In this document: one piece after another, positions 39,501 through 53,700 of the stretch
Layout: every line of letters starts with the position of its first letter
How positions within the stretch are numbered: the stretch's first letter is position 1
Source: Anthoceros angustus
Lineage: Eukaryota; Plantae; Anthocerotophyta
Length of the DNA: 64,000 nucleotides
Assembly: GCA_010909165.1 (NCBI GenBank)
Contig: MU008159.1
Location: 372,001 to 436,000 of the forward strand
Direction of reading: 5' to 3'
Position numbers and translations under genes: made by a program
Notes under the pieces: generated by a model
Seen by the model: only the letters and a program-made list of their open reading frames with translations
What the model was told of the DNA's origin: nothing
The model's database searches: none

Positions 39501-42500
39501 CTATTGGCCCGCATGGAATAAGTAAAAAGCATACGCCGAGTCTAAATGCCGGAGCTAGGTGGCGTGATTGCCACACGTACTCTTTGAGAGTAATTAATTG
39601 AGCATCAAAGTGGTTAGTACATGGCCCGCTACTTGAGGCCACAAAAGTGTCTTTTGTAATAATCTTGTTATTTATAAAATAAAGTTCCACCCATAACAAA
39701 ACAACACAAGTTCCTTCTATTTTATGAGATTCTCAAGTTCCTTGGTCCGAGTGTATTGACGAGAACCTAAGCCGTGTGTTGCTTGCAACGATGATATAGT
39801 CATAAGTATCACGCTTTGAGGAGATATCATGCTATAGTTACCGTGGTTTCAACGAAATGTTGTTAAAATACAATTAGCCCTTGTCGCCTTCTTTAACTCA
39901 TCTTCCTAAGAAAGAGAAAAACACCATGATTTTCTAAGTTTCGCAGCGATTTTCAGGCGCATCAAGAAGAGGATCAACGATTAAAATTTTAGTCTTCAAG
40001 GATAGGAGAAACTTTATGGAGGAAAGCAAGTATATTCCATACTTTGAGACAAGTGTGAGGCGCTAATTGGTTTAAAGATAGGACAAAATGTAGAACCATT
40101 TCGATATATTGCATTCCTAAGGCAAACGTACATCAATTGAGGAGAGAAGATGAAGGATGTCGCGCTTGCTGCCATGACAGAATAGTCACATGGTACCTAA
40201 ACTACCAATGTACACATCAAAGTTGCGCATGAGCCAAAGTTACGCTAAACCGCATGCCCCGCCACCTACTTACATTCATGGAAAATATCAGCACGAATGG
40301 CCCCCGCTCAAAGTTTATTGTCAAAAACGGAGCACCACTTTGGGCACTCATGGGCAGCACAATCATGAAAGCCAATCACCGCTTTGCTTATCCAACGACA
40401 ATAAAAGGTACCTAACACAGATCTGCGGTTAGGGTTGAGCCGATTTTCATATGCATGGCTCTCTCATCTTCGGATTGTGGCTCTGCTTGACTTGTCCAGT
40501 GCAATGAATGTGCGATCAAAACGGCGGCTGCTTATCATCACTACTCGAGTCCGAAACTATATATCTCACGGACGCACCATAGGTTGAGAGGTAGTCAAGC
40601 GCATATGATCATGACTTGCTCGCTAAAGAGTGGCAACCGCCGCATGGCTTTGCCGGCCCATCCCAAGTTGCCATGTCGCAGGTTGCGAGATCATAAGAAT
40701 GGTGAGGCCACCAAACACATATATGCCTCTTTGGTAACATGAAAATGAGCAAGCCACATCCTCAAAGATTTCATGTCTCGAGGAAATTCATCAGCCCCCA
40801 TATCACTAAAGTGGACAGGGGATAGTCATCAAACACCGTGCATAAACATATGGTTTTATGTTTTGCGCATCTTCGAATTCGCAATAGGATGTCTAGACCC
40901 ATGGGAGAGTTTTATGCCCCGCCTTTGCAACTCAAACATATCCCGATGATTTGTGGGATAATACGCAGCAAGAGCACTTCATGTGGCTCATGAGACTCTA
41001 TATACAACAAGAACTGAGGGGTCTATTTTTGCTGGATATTTACGCCCTTTGATTACTTTTTCTTAATTGCCATAATATATGCAGGATGTCAAGATGCACA
41101 AGAGGGCTTTTCCTCAACAGAAAAATAAATGCTATAAAGAAAAGGTACCCCATTGCCCGCATTTGGGCATACACTTGCAAAGTTTTGCTCCTTGCTCGTG
41201 AGCATATGTTGGAACCGTGGCAATATCCATGACACCACATTGCACTGGATTAATTTTTTCAAACACCGACTCTACCTCAAGTTGTGATGCTCCATGCACT
41301 TGGTATCATAGTGCATGCACACATGCATCCATGCATTATCATGCTTTTGAAAACATACATAGTCACCGCCGCCTCGGCCTCGACAAGCATGTAGGACCAT
41401 TTGCACCTATCTATTTAATTAGTCCTTGGTCCTCAACAAGCAAAACCATTTGTGTCTTTGTTCTCGAGGACTTTTGTACCTTTTTCCATTTATCTTATAG
41501 TCTCTCGACTTTCGCCAAAAACAAACAAACAAACAAAACCATTTGCCATCTATTGAATTAGTCCTTGGTCCTTGAAAAGCGATACCATTTGCCATCTATT
41601 GAATTAGTCCTTGGTCCTTGAAAAGCAATACCATTTGCCATCTATTGAATTAGTCCTTGGTCCTTGACAAGCAATGCCATTTGCAATCTATTTAATTAGT
41701 CTTGGTCCTTGGTCCTTGACAAACAAGACCATTTACTATTTATGTAATTAGCCCTTGGTCCTCGACAACCAAGACCAAATGATTTGAAAGCTATTTTTAA
41801 ATAAGTCCTTGGTCCTCGACATCCAAGACCATTTGCTTAATGTCAAAATAACTATCTAGCTAGCTATATATGCATTATACAATACTTTAGGTAGCCATGC
41901 CATAACATTGTCTTGCTCGATTGTCTAGTGGAAGAGGTAGGACAGCGAGTTCTTGCGAGATCATTCTCCAAGGAGGACCACGGGCCGCCACCCACGGATC
42001 TAGCAAGACGAGGGTATACACCGAATACATTATGATGGATCCAAGCAGCAGGATGCGTATGTGGAGGTGCGAGAAGGAGGCCAAGAGCTAGTGTTGGAGC
42101 AGCGCAGTGGAGGCGCAGTGGAGGCGCAGTGGAGGCGCAGTGGAGGCGCAATCGCAAGCGCAGTGGCGCACGTGGAGGAGCAACAACAGCAGTCACAGTG
42201 GATCCGCGGAACTGGGATGGAGCTGAGCGCGAGTATCAACCCCGGTCATGCTTGCTCATGACCCGCAGATGTTGTCTCTCAATAGGCACGGGCCGCGCAG
42301 ACAATTTTCCCATCCGAGTTGACAGACTTGGCCATCCCGCAGAGACACCCGAGATGCACCTCAAATTAGCAATAGGAGTAGAGATCCACTGGGGCCCACG
42401 CATGCGAGTTCCACATTCAAATGGGCACGTTCGGGGACTCCACCCCTAGGAGCCCGGGGCCGACGCTGGGAGCGCAACCCTTAGTAGCCCAACCCTTGAG

Positions 42501-45500
42501 GCCGAACCCTTGGGCCGACCCTTGAACCTAAGCCCCGACTCCGTGTTACATGTCTCACGAAGGCCGACCCCATTGGCCCGCATGGAATAAGTAAAAGCAT
42601 ACGCCCGAGTCTAAATGGAGCTAGGTGTATGCGTGGATTGCCACACTCTTGTGTGTACTCTTTTGAGAGTAATTAATTGAGCATCAAAGTGGTTAGTACA
42701 TGGCCCGCTACTTGGAGGCCTAGTGTCGTGTTTTGTAATAATCTTGTTATTTATAAAATAAAGTTCCACTCCATAACAAAACAACACAAAAAGTTCCTTC
42801 TATTTTATGAGATTCCTCAAGTTCCTTGGGTCCGAATGTATTGACGAGAACCTAAGCTGTGTTGCTTGCAACGTATGATATAGTAAGTATCTACGCTTTG
42901 AGGAGATATCATGCTATAGTTAGTCAGCTCTAACGAGCTGTTGTTGTGGGTACAATTAGCCCTTGTCGCCTTCTTTAACTCATCTTCCTAAGAAAGAGAA
43001 AACAATTACAGACTTTCTAAGCAAGCGCGTGCGCGAGGCGACAAGAAGAGGATCGGTAGCATTAAAATTTTAGTCTTCAAGGATAGGAGAAACTCTTTAT
43101 GGAGGAAAGCAAGTAAGGATTCCATACTTTGAGACAAGTGTGAGGCAGCAGATCGGTTTAAAGATAGGACAAAATGTAGAACCATTTCGATATATTACAT
43201 TAGCTTGTTGCAAACGGGTAATCAATTGAGGGAGAGAAGATGAAGGGATGTCGCGCCACGCTGTGCATAGCTATGGTACCTAAACTACCAATGTAAGCAC
43301 ATCAAAGTTGCCCATGAGCCAAAGTTACACTAAATCGCATGCCCCGCCACCTACTTACATTCATGGAAAATATCGGCACGAATGGCAAAATCAATGGACT
43401 TGATGTTATTCACTCACCCACACCGAAGCTCACAAGATTTCGAGATCCGTATGTCCGCACCTTGGAATCTCTCGCTTTGAGTAACTCCTAATACAAACAT
43501 CAACAATCCGGGATGCCCGGATTGCCTCGTTCTTGTAGGCCGCCGCCATACCATTAATGCACCGCCACCTTGAGGAGATGCGCGTGTCGCCGAGGCGCCG
43601 TCCTTGCTAATGGTTTTGTTCTTAGCTCTTGACTTTCGCGATGCGCACCATTTCATGTACACCATGCATCATGCAACATGCGATCAACATACACTAGCAT
43701 CTCTACGGTATTTATACTATCACTATATGGTCGCTATATAACCACGATACCATAATTATACTGGCCGCTATACGGTTGCTACATGACCATACGTACATAC
43801 ATCTTATTGTGTGTATCACATGCCTATGCATACACATTCCACACACATGCATTCCTAAGTTCCTAAGGCACATTCTCACCGCTTGTGTGCTATGACAACT
43901 CCGCGCCACGGTATAGTCATGGTACCTAAACTACCAATGTAAGCACATCAAAGTTGCGCATGAGCCAAAGTTACGCTAAACCGCATGCCCCGCCACCTAC
44001 TTACATTCATGGAAAATATCACCGCGAATGGCAAAATCAATGGACTTGATGTTATTCACTCACCCACACCGATGAAGCTCACAAGATTTCGAGATCCGTA
44101 TGTCCGCACCTTGGAATCTCGCTTTGAGTAACTCCTAATACAAACATCAACAATCCGGGATGCCCGGATTGCCTCGTTCTTGTAGGCCGCCGCCATACCA
44201 TTAATGCACCGCCACCTTGAGGAGATGCGCGCGTGTCGCCGAGGCGCCCTTGCGTTAATGGTTTTGTTCTTAGCTCTTGACTTTCTCGCGACGCACCATT
44301 TCATGTACACCATGCATCATGCAACATGCGATCAACATACACTAGCATCTCTACGGTATTTATACTATCACTATATGGTCGCTATATAACCACGATACCA
44401 TAATTATACTGGCCGCTATACGGTTGCTACATGACCATACGTACATACATCTTATTGTGTGTATCACATGCCTATGCATACACATTCCACACACATGCAT
44501 TCCTAAGTTCCTAAGGCACATTCTCACCGCTTGTGTGCTATGACAACTCCGCGCCACGGTATAGTCATGGTACCTAAACTACCAATGTAAGCACATCAAA
44601 GTTGCGCATGAGCCAAAGTTACGCTAAACCGCATGCCCCGCCACCTACTTACATTCATGGAAAATATCACCGCGAATGGCAAAATCAATGGACTTGATGT
44701 TATTCACTCACCCACACCGATGAAGCTCACAAGATTTCGAGATCCGTATGTCCGCACCTTGGAATCTCGCTTTGAGTAACTCCTAATACAAACATCAACA
44801 ATCCGGGATGCCCGGATTGCCTCGTTCTTGTAGGCCGCCATACCATTAATGCACCGCCACCTTGAGGAGATGCGCGCGTGTCGCCGAGGCGCCCTTGCGT
44901 TAATGGTTTTGTTCTTAGCTCTTGACTTTCTCGCGACGCACCATTTCATGTACACCATGCATCATGCAACATGCGATCAACATACACTAGCATCTCTACG
45001 GTATTTATACTATCACTATATGGTCGCTATATAACCACGATACCATAATTATACTCGCTATACGGTTGCTACATGACCATACGTACATACATCTTATTGT
45101 GTGTATCACATGCCTATGCATACACATTCCACACACATGCATTCCTAAGTTCCTAAGGCACATTCTCCTCCCGCTCGCTTGTGTGCTATGACAATCACGC
45201 CACTGTGATAGCTGCTATGGTACCTAAACTACCAAGCACATCAAAGTTGCATGAGCCAAAGTTACGCTAAACCGCATGCCCCGCCACCTACTTACATTCA
45301 TGGAAAATATCAGCACGAATGGCCCCCGCTCAAGTTGGGGTACTTGTCAAAACGGAGCACCACTTTGGGCACTCATGGGCAGCACAATCATGAAAGCCAA
45401 TCACCGCTTGCTTATCCAACGACAATAAAAGGTACCTAACACGGATCTGCGGTTAGGGTTGAGCCGATTTTCATATGCATGGCTCTCCTCATCTTCGGAT

Positions 45501-47063
45501 TGTGGCTCTGCTTGACTTGTCCAGCAATGAATGCGAAACCGGCTCCGTTATCATCACTACTCTGAGTCCGAAACTATATATCTCACGGACGTGCACCATA
45601 GGTTGAGAGGTAGTCAAGCGCATATGATCATGACTTGCCTGCTAAAGAGTGGCAAACCGCTGCATGGCTTTGTCACCATCCCAAGTTGCCATGTCGCAGG
45701 TTGCGAGATCATAAGAATGGTGAGGCCACCAAACACATATATGCTCGCTTTGGTAACATGAAATGAGCAAGCCACATCCTCAAAGATTTCATGTCTCGAG
45801 GAAATTCATCAGGCCCCATATCACTAAAGTGGACAGGATAGTCATCAAACACCGTGCATAAACATATGGTTTTATGTTTTGCAATACGCATCTTCAATTC
45901 GCAATAGGATGTCTAGACCCATGGGAGAGTTTTATGCCCCGCCTTTGCAACTCAAACATATCCCGATGATTTGTGGGATAATACGCAACCGAGCACTTCA
46001 TGTGGCTCATGAGACTCTATATACAACAAGAACCGAGGGGTCTATTTTTGCTGGATATTTACGCGTCCTTTGATTACTTTTTCTTAATTGCCATAATATA
46101 TGCAGGATGTCAAGATGCACAAGAGGGCTTTTCCTCCTGTAAAAATAAATGCTATAAAGAAAAGGTACCCCATTGCCCGCATTTGGGCATACACTTGCAA
46201 AGTTTTGCTCCTTGCTCGTGAGCATATGTTGGAACCGTGGCAATATCCATGACACCACATTGCACGCTGGATTAATTTTTTCAAACACCGACTCTACCTC
46301 AAGTTGTGATGCTCCGCATGCACTTGGTATCATAGTGCATGCACACATGCATCCATGCATTATCATGCTTTTGAAAACATACATAGTCACGCGGGTCCTC
46401 GGCCTCGACAAGCATGTAGGACCATTTGCACCTATCTATTTAATTAGTCCTTGGTCCTCAACAAGCAAAACCATTTGTGTCTTTGTTCTCGAGGACTTTT
46501 GTACCTTTTTCCATTTATCTTATAGTCTCTCGACTTTCGCCAAAACAAACAAACAAACAAACAAAACCATTTGCCATCTATTGAATTAGTCCTTGGTCCT
46601 TGAAAAGCGATACCATTTGCCATCTATTGAATTAGTCCTTGGTCCTTGAAAAGCAATACCATTTGCCATCTATTAATTAGTCCTTGGTCCTTGACAAGCA
46701 ATGCCATTTGCAATCTATTTAATTAGTCTTGGGTCCTTGGTCCTTGACAAACAAGACCATTTACTATTTATGTAATTCGTCCTTGGTCCTCGACAACCAA
46801 GACCAAATGATTTGAAAAGCTATTTTTAAATAAGTCCTTGGTCCTCGACATCCAAGACCATTTGCTTAATGTCAAAATAACTATCTAGCTAGCTATATAT
46901 GCATTATACAATACTTTAGGTAGCCATGCCATAACATTGTCTTGCTCGATTGTCTAGTGGAAGAGGTAGGACATGAGTTCTTGCGAGATAATTCTCCAAG
47001 GAGGACCACGGTCGCCACCCACGATCTAGTACCGTAGAGACGAGGGTATACACCGAATACATT

Positions 47064-50000
47064 ATGATGGATCCGGGCAGCAGATGCGATGTGGAGGTGC
47101 GAAGGAGGCCAAGAGCTAGTGTTGAGCAGCGCAGTGGAGGCGCAGTGGGCGCAAGTGCAGCGCAGTGGAGGCGCAAGTGCAGCGCAGTGAAGGCGCACGT
47201 GGAGGAGCAACAACAGCAGTGCGTCACAGTGGATCCGGCGGAGCTGGGATGGAGCTGGAGCGAGTATCAACCCCTGGTCATGCTTGCTCATGACCCGCAG
47301 ATGTTGTCTCTCAATAGGCACGGGCTGGCGCAGGACAATTTTCCCATCCAGGAGTTGACAGAATTTGGCCATCCTGCAGAGACACCCGAGATGCACCCTC
47401 AAATTAGCAATAGGAGTAGAGATCCACTGGGGCCCATACGTGCCGAGAGTTCCACATTCAAATGGGCACGTTGGGACTCCACCCCTAGGAGCCCGGGCCG
47501 ACGCTTGGGAGCGCAACCCTTAGTAGCCCAACCCCTTGAGGCCGAACCCTTGGAGCCCGACCCTTGGAACCTAAGCCCGACTGTGTTACATGTCTCACGA
47601 AGGGCCCCTATTGGCCCGCCGCATGGAATAAGTAAAAGCATCGCCCGAGTCTAAATGGAGCTAGGTGTATGCGTGGATTGCCACACTCTTGTGTGTACTC
47701 TTTTGAGAGTAATTAATTGAGCATCAAAGTGGTTAGTACATGGCCCGCTACTTGGAGGCCTAGTGTCGTGTTTTGTAATAATCTTGTTATTTATAAAATA
47801 AAGTTCCACTCCATAACAAAACAACACAAAAAGTTCCTTCTATTTTATGAGATTCCTCAAGTTCCTTGGGTCCGAATGTATTGACGAGAACCTAAGCCGT
47901 GTGTTGCTTGCAACGTATGATATAGTAAGTATCTACGCTTTGAGGAGATATCATGCTATAGTTAGTGTGCTCTAACGAGCTGTTGTTGTGGGTACAATTA
48001 GCCCTTGTCGTCTTCTTTAACTCATCTTCCTAAGAAAGAGAAAACAATTACGACTTTCTAAGCACGTAGCGCACGAGGCATCAAGAAGAGGATCAACATT
48101 AAAATTTTAGTCTTCAGAAGGATAGGAGAAACTCTTTATGGAGGAAAGCAAGTAAGGATTCCATACTTTGAGACAAGTGTGAGGCAGGTGGTTTAAAGAT
48201 AGGACAAAATGTAGAACCATTTCGATATATTACATTAGCTTGTTCTTTAACGGGTAATCAATTGAGGAGAGAAGATGAAGGGATGTCGCGCTTGCATAGC
48301 TGTCATGGTACCTAAACTACCAATGACACATCAAAGTTGCCCATGAGCCAAAGTTACACTAAATCGCATGCCCCGCCACCTACTTACATTGATGGAAAAT
48401 ATCACCGAATGGCAAAATCAATGGACTTGATGTTATTCACTCACCCACCGCTAAGCTCACAAGATTTCGAGATCCGTATGTCGCATGGAATCTCGCTTTG
48501 AGTAACTCCTAATACAAACATCAACAATCCGGATGCCCGGATTGCCTCGTTCTTGTAGGCCGCCACCGCCATACCATTAATGCACCGCCACCTTGAGGAG
48601 ATGCGCGGTGTCGCCGAGGCGCCGGCCCTTGCGTTAATGGTTTTGTTCTTAGCTCTTGACTTTCTCGCAAAGACGCACCATTTCATGTACACCATGCATC
48701 ATGCAACATGCGATCAACATACACTAGCATCTCTACGGTATTTATACTATCACTATATGGTCGCTATAAAACCACGATACCATAATTATACGGCCGCTAT
48801 ATTGCTACATGACCATACGTACATACATCTTATTGTGTGTATCACATGCCTATGCATACACATTCCACACACATGCATTCCTAAGTTCCTAAGGCACATT
48901 CTCCTCGCTTGTGTGCTATGACAATCACGCCAATGCATAAACATTGGTACCTAAACTACCAAAGCACATCAAAGTTGCGCATGAGCCAAAGTTACGCTAA
49001 ACCGCATGCCTGGCCACCTACTTACATTCATGGAAAATATCAGCACGAATGGCCCCCGCTCAAAGTTGAGACTTGTCAAAACGGAGCACCACTTTGGGCA
49101 CTCATGGGCAGCACAATCATGAAAGCCAATCACCGCTTGCTTATCCAACGACAATAAAAGGTACCTAACACGGATCTGCGGTTAGGGTTGAGCCGATTTT
49201 CATATGCATGGCTCTCCTCATCTTCGGATTGTGGCTCTGCTTGACTTGTCCGTGCAATGAATGTGCATCAAACCGGCTCGTTATCATCACTACTCGAGTC
49301 CGAAACTATATATCTCACGGACGTGCACCATAGGTTGAGAGGTAGTCAAGCGCATATGATCATGACTTGCTAAAGAGTGGCAAACCGCCGCATGGCTTTG
49401 TCGGTCCATCCCAAGTTGCCATGTCGCAGGTTGCGTGAGATCATAAGAATGGTGAGGCCAAACACATATATGCCGCTTTGGTAACATGAAAATGAGCAAG
49501 CCACATCCTCAAAGATTTCATGTCTCGAGGAAATTCATCAGCCCCCATATCACTAAAGTGGACGGGATAGTCATCAAACACCGGTGCATAAACATATGGT
49601 TTTATGTTTTGCAATACGCATCTTCGAATTCGCAATAGGATGTCTAGACCCATGGGAGAGTTTTATGCCCCGCCTTTGCAACTCAAACATATCCCGATGA
49701 TTTGTGGGATAATACGCAACGAGCACTTCATGTGGCTCATGAGACTCTATATACAACAAGAACGAGGGGTCTATTTTTGCTGGATATTTACGCGTCCTTT
49801 GATTACTTTTTCTTAATTGCCATAATATATGCGGGATGTCAAGATGCACAAGAGGGCTTTTCCTCACGTAAAAATAAATGCTATAAAGAAAAGGTACCCC
49901 ATTGCCCGCATTTGGGCATACACTTGCAAAGTTTTGCTCCTTGCTCGTGAGCATATGTTGGAACCGTGGCAATATCCATGACACCACATTGCACGCTGGA

Positions 50001-50791
50001 TTAATTTTTTCAAACACCGACTCTACCTCAAGTTGTGATGCTCCCGCATGCACTTGGTATCATAGTGCATGCACACATGCATCCATGCATTATCATGCTT
50101 TTGAAAACATACATAGTCACCGCCGCCTCGGCCTCGACAAGCATGTAGGACCATTTGCACCTATCTATTTAATTAGTCCTTGGTCCTCAACAAGCAAAAC
50201 CATTTGTGTCTTTGTTCTCGAGGACTTTTGTACCTTTTTCCATTTATCTTATAGTCTCTCGACTTTCGCCAAAAACAAACAAACAAACAAAAAAACCATT
50301 TGCCATCTATTGAATTAGTCCTTGGTCCTTGAAAAGCGATACCATTTGCCATCTATTGAATTAGTCCTTGGTCCTTGAAAAGCAATACCATTTGCCATCT
50401 ATTGAATTAGTCCTTGGTCCTTGACAAGCAATGCCATTTGCAATCTATTTAATTAGTCTTGGGTCCTTGGTCCTTGACAAACAAGACCATTTACTATTTA
50501 TGTAATTCGTCCTTGGTCCTCGACAACCAAGACCAAATGATTTGAAAGCTATTTTTAAATAAGTCCTTGGTCCTCGACATCCAAGACCATTTGCTTAATG
50601 TCAAAATAACTATCTAGCTAGCTATATATGCATTATACAATACTTTAGGTAGCCATGCCATAACATTGTCTTGCTCGATTGTCTAGTGGAAGAGGTAGGA
50701 CAGCGAGTTCTTGCGAGATCATTCTCCAAGGAGGACCACGGCGCCACCCACATCTAGTGCAGTGAGAGACGAGGGTATACACGAATACATT
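47064..50791 (+). repeat. Representative complete monomer (3728 bp)
   Basis: Runs landmark to landmark with every module present once and in order. Confidence 0.9.
48304..49045 (+). repeat. ~90-bp internal direct repeats (GGTACCTAAACTACCA...GAGCCAAAGTTAC...GGAAAATATC) bounding a ~645-bp sub-module
   Basis: Copies at ~48304-48405 and ~48944-49045. The same pair occurs in each complete monomer. Confidence 0.9.
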
Positions 50792-53700
50792 ATGATGGAT
50801 CCGGCGCAGGATGCGTATGTGGAGGTGCGAAGGAGGCCAAGAGCTAGTGTTGGGCGGTAGCAGTGGGCGCAGTGGAGGCGCAAGTGCAGTGGAGGCGCAG
50901 TGGAGGCGCAAGTGCAGTGGAGGCGCAAGTGCAGCGCAGTGAAGGCGCACGTGGAGGAGCAACAGCAGCGTCACAGTGGATCCGGCGGAGCTGGGATGGA
51001 GCTGGAGCGAGTATCAACCCCGTCATGCTTGCTCATGACCCGCAGATGTTGTCTCTCAATAGGCACGGCCGGCGCAGACAATTTTCCCATCCAGAGTTGA
51101 TGAATTTGGCCATCCTGCGAGACACCCGAGATGCACCTCAAATTAGCAATAGGAGTAGAGATCCACTTTGGGGCCCATACGTCGCACGAGTTCCACATTC
51201 AAATGGGCACGTTGGGGACTCCACCCCTAGGAGCGGCCGACGCTTGGGAGCGCAACCCTTAGTAGCCCAACCCTTGGAGGCCGAACCCTTGGAGCCCACC
51301 CTTGGAACCTAAGCCCGACTCCGTGTTACATGTCTCACGGCCGACCCCTATTGGCCCGCCGCATGGAATAAGTAAAAAGCATACGCCCGAGTCTAAATCT
51401 GGAGCTAGGTGTATGCGTGGATTGCCACACTCTTGTGTGTACTCTTTTGAGAGTAATTAATTGAGCATCAAAGTGGTTAGTACATGGCCCGCTACTTGGA
51501 GGCCTAGTGTCGTGTTTTGTAATAATCTTGTTATTTATAAAATAAAGTTCCACTCCATAACAAAACAACACAAAAAGTTCCTTCTATTTTATGAGATTCC
51601 TCAAGTTCCTTGGGTCCGAATGTATTGGCGAGAACCTAAGCCGTGTGTTGCTTAACGTATGATATAGTAAGTATCTACGCTTTGAGGAGATATCATGCTA
51701 TAGTTAGCTGTGCTCTAACGAGCTGTTGTTGTGGGTACAATTAGCCCTTGTCGTCTTCTTTAACTCATCTTCCTAAGAAAGAGAAAAACAATTACAGACT
51801 TTCTAAGCACGTGGTGCGCACGAGGCAGACCAAGAAGAGGATCAGCGCATTAAAATTTTAGTCTTCAGCGAAGGATAGGAGAAACTCTTTATGGAGGAAA
51901 GCAAGTAAGGATTCCATACTTTGAGACAAGTGTGAGGCAGCAGAATTCGGTTTAAAGATAGGACAAAATGTAGAACCATTTCGATATATTACATTAGCTT
52001 GTTGCGCAAACGGGTAATCAATTGAGGAGAGAAGATGAAGGGATGTCGCGCCACGCTTGCATAGCTGTCATGGTACCTAAACTACCAACAAGCACATCAA
52101 AGTTGCCCATGAGCCAAAGTTACACTAAATCGCATGCCCCGCCACCTACTTACATTGATGGAAAATATCACCGAATGGCAAAATCAATGGACTTGATGTT
52201 ATTCACTCACCCACACCGATGGCTCACAAGATTTCGAGATCCGTATGTCCGCACCTTGGAATCTCGCTTTGAGCAACTCCTAATACAAACATCAACAATC
52301 CGGGATGCGGATTGCCTCGTTCTTGTAGGCCGCCACGCCATACCATTAATGCACCCTGCCACCTTGAGGAGATGCACGCGGTGTCGTCGAGGCGCCGTCC
52401 TTGCGTTAATGGTTTTGTTCTTAGCTCTTGACTTCTCGCGACGCACCATTTCATGTACACCATGCATCATGCAACATGCGATCAACATACACTAGCATCT
52501 CTACGGTATTTATACTATCACTATATGGTCGCTATATAACCACGATACCATAATTATACTACGCTATACGGTTGCTACATGACCATACGTGCATACATCT
52601 TATTGTGTGTATCACATGCCTATGCATACACATTCCACACACATGCATTCCTAAGTTCCTAAGGCACATTCTCCCGCTCGCTTGTGTGCTATGACAAAAT
52701 GCATGCCCATTGTCATGGTACCTAAACTACCAATGTAAGCACATCAAAGTTGCGCATGAGCCAAAGTTACGCTAAACCGCATGCCTTGGCCACCTACTTA
52801 CATTCATGGAAAATATCGCACGAATGGCCCCCGCTCAAGTTGGGGTACATGCCTTGTCAAAAACGGAGCACCACTTTGGGCACTCATGGCAGCACAATCA
52901 TGAAAGCCAATCACCGCTTGCTTATCCAACGACAATAAAAGGTACCTAACGGTCTGCGGTTAGGGTTGAGCCGATTTTCATATGCATGGCTCTCCTCATC
53001 TTGGATTGTGGCTCTGTTTGACTTGTCCAGCAATGAATGTGCGACCAAAGCGGCTCCTATCATCACTACTCTGAGTCTCGAAACTATATATCTCACGGAC
53101 GTGCACCATAGGTTGAGAGGTAGTCAAGCGCATATGATCATGACTTGCACCTAAAGAGTGGCAAAGCTGCATGGCTTTGTCACCATCCCAAGTTGCCATG
53201 TCGCAGGTTGCGAGATCATAAGAATGGTGAGGCCACCAAACACATATATGCTTTGGTAACATGAAAATGAGCAAGCCACATCCTCAAAGATTTCATGTCT
53301 CGAGGAAATTCATCAGCCCCATATCACTAAAGTGGACGGGATAGTCATCAAACACCGTGCATAAACATATGGTTTTATGTTTTGCAATCGCATCTTCGAA
53401 TTCGCAATAGGATGTCTAGACCCATGGGAGAGTTTTATGCCCCGCCTTTGCAACTCAAACATATCCCGATGATTTGTGGGATAATACGCAACCGAGCACT
53501 TCATGTGGCTCATGAGACTCTATATACAACAAGAACCGAGGGGTCTATTTTTGCTGGATATTTACGCGTCCTTTGATTACTTTTTCTTAATTACCATAAT
53601 ATATGCGGGATGTCAAGATGCACAAGAGGGCTTTTCCTCACTGTAAAAATAAATGCTATAAAGAAAAGGTACCCCATTGCCGCATTTGGGCATACACTTG

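Noticed and set aside
48304-49045. Internal ~90-bp direct repeats as LTRs of a TRIM/LTR element
   Set aside because: No TG...CA termini, primer-binding site, polypurine tract or TSD could be identified.
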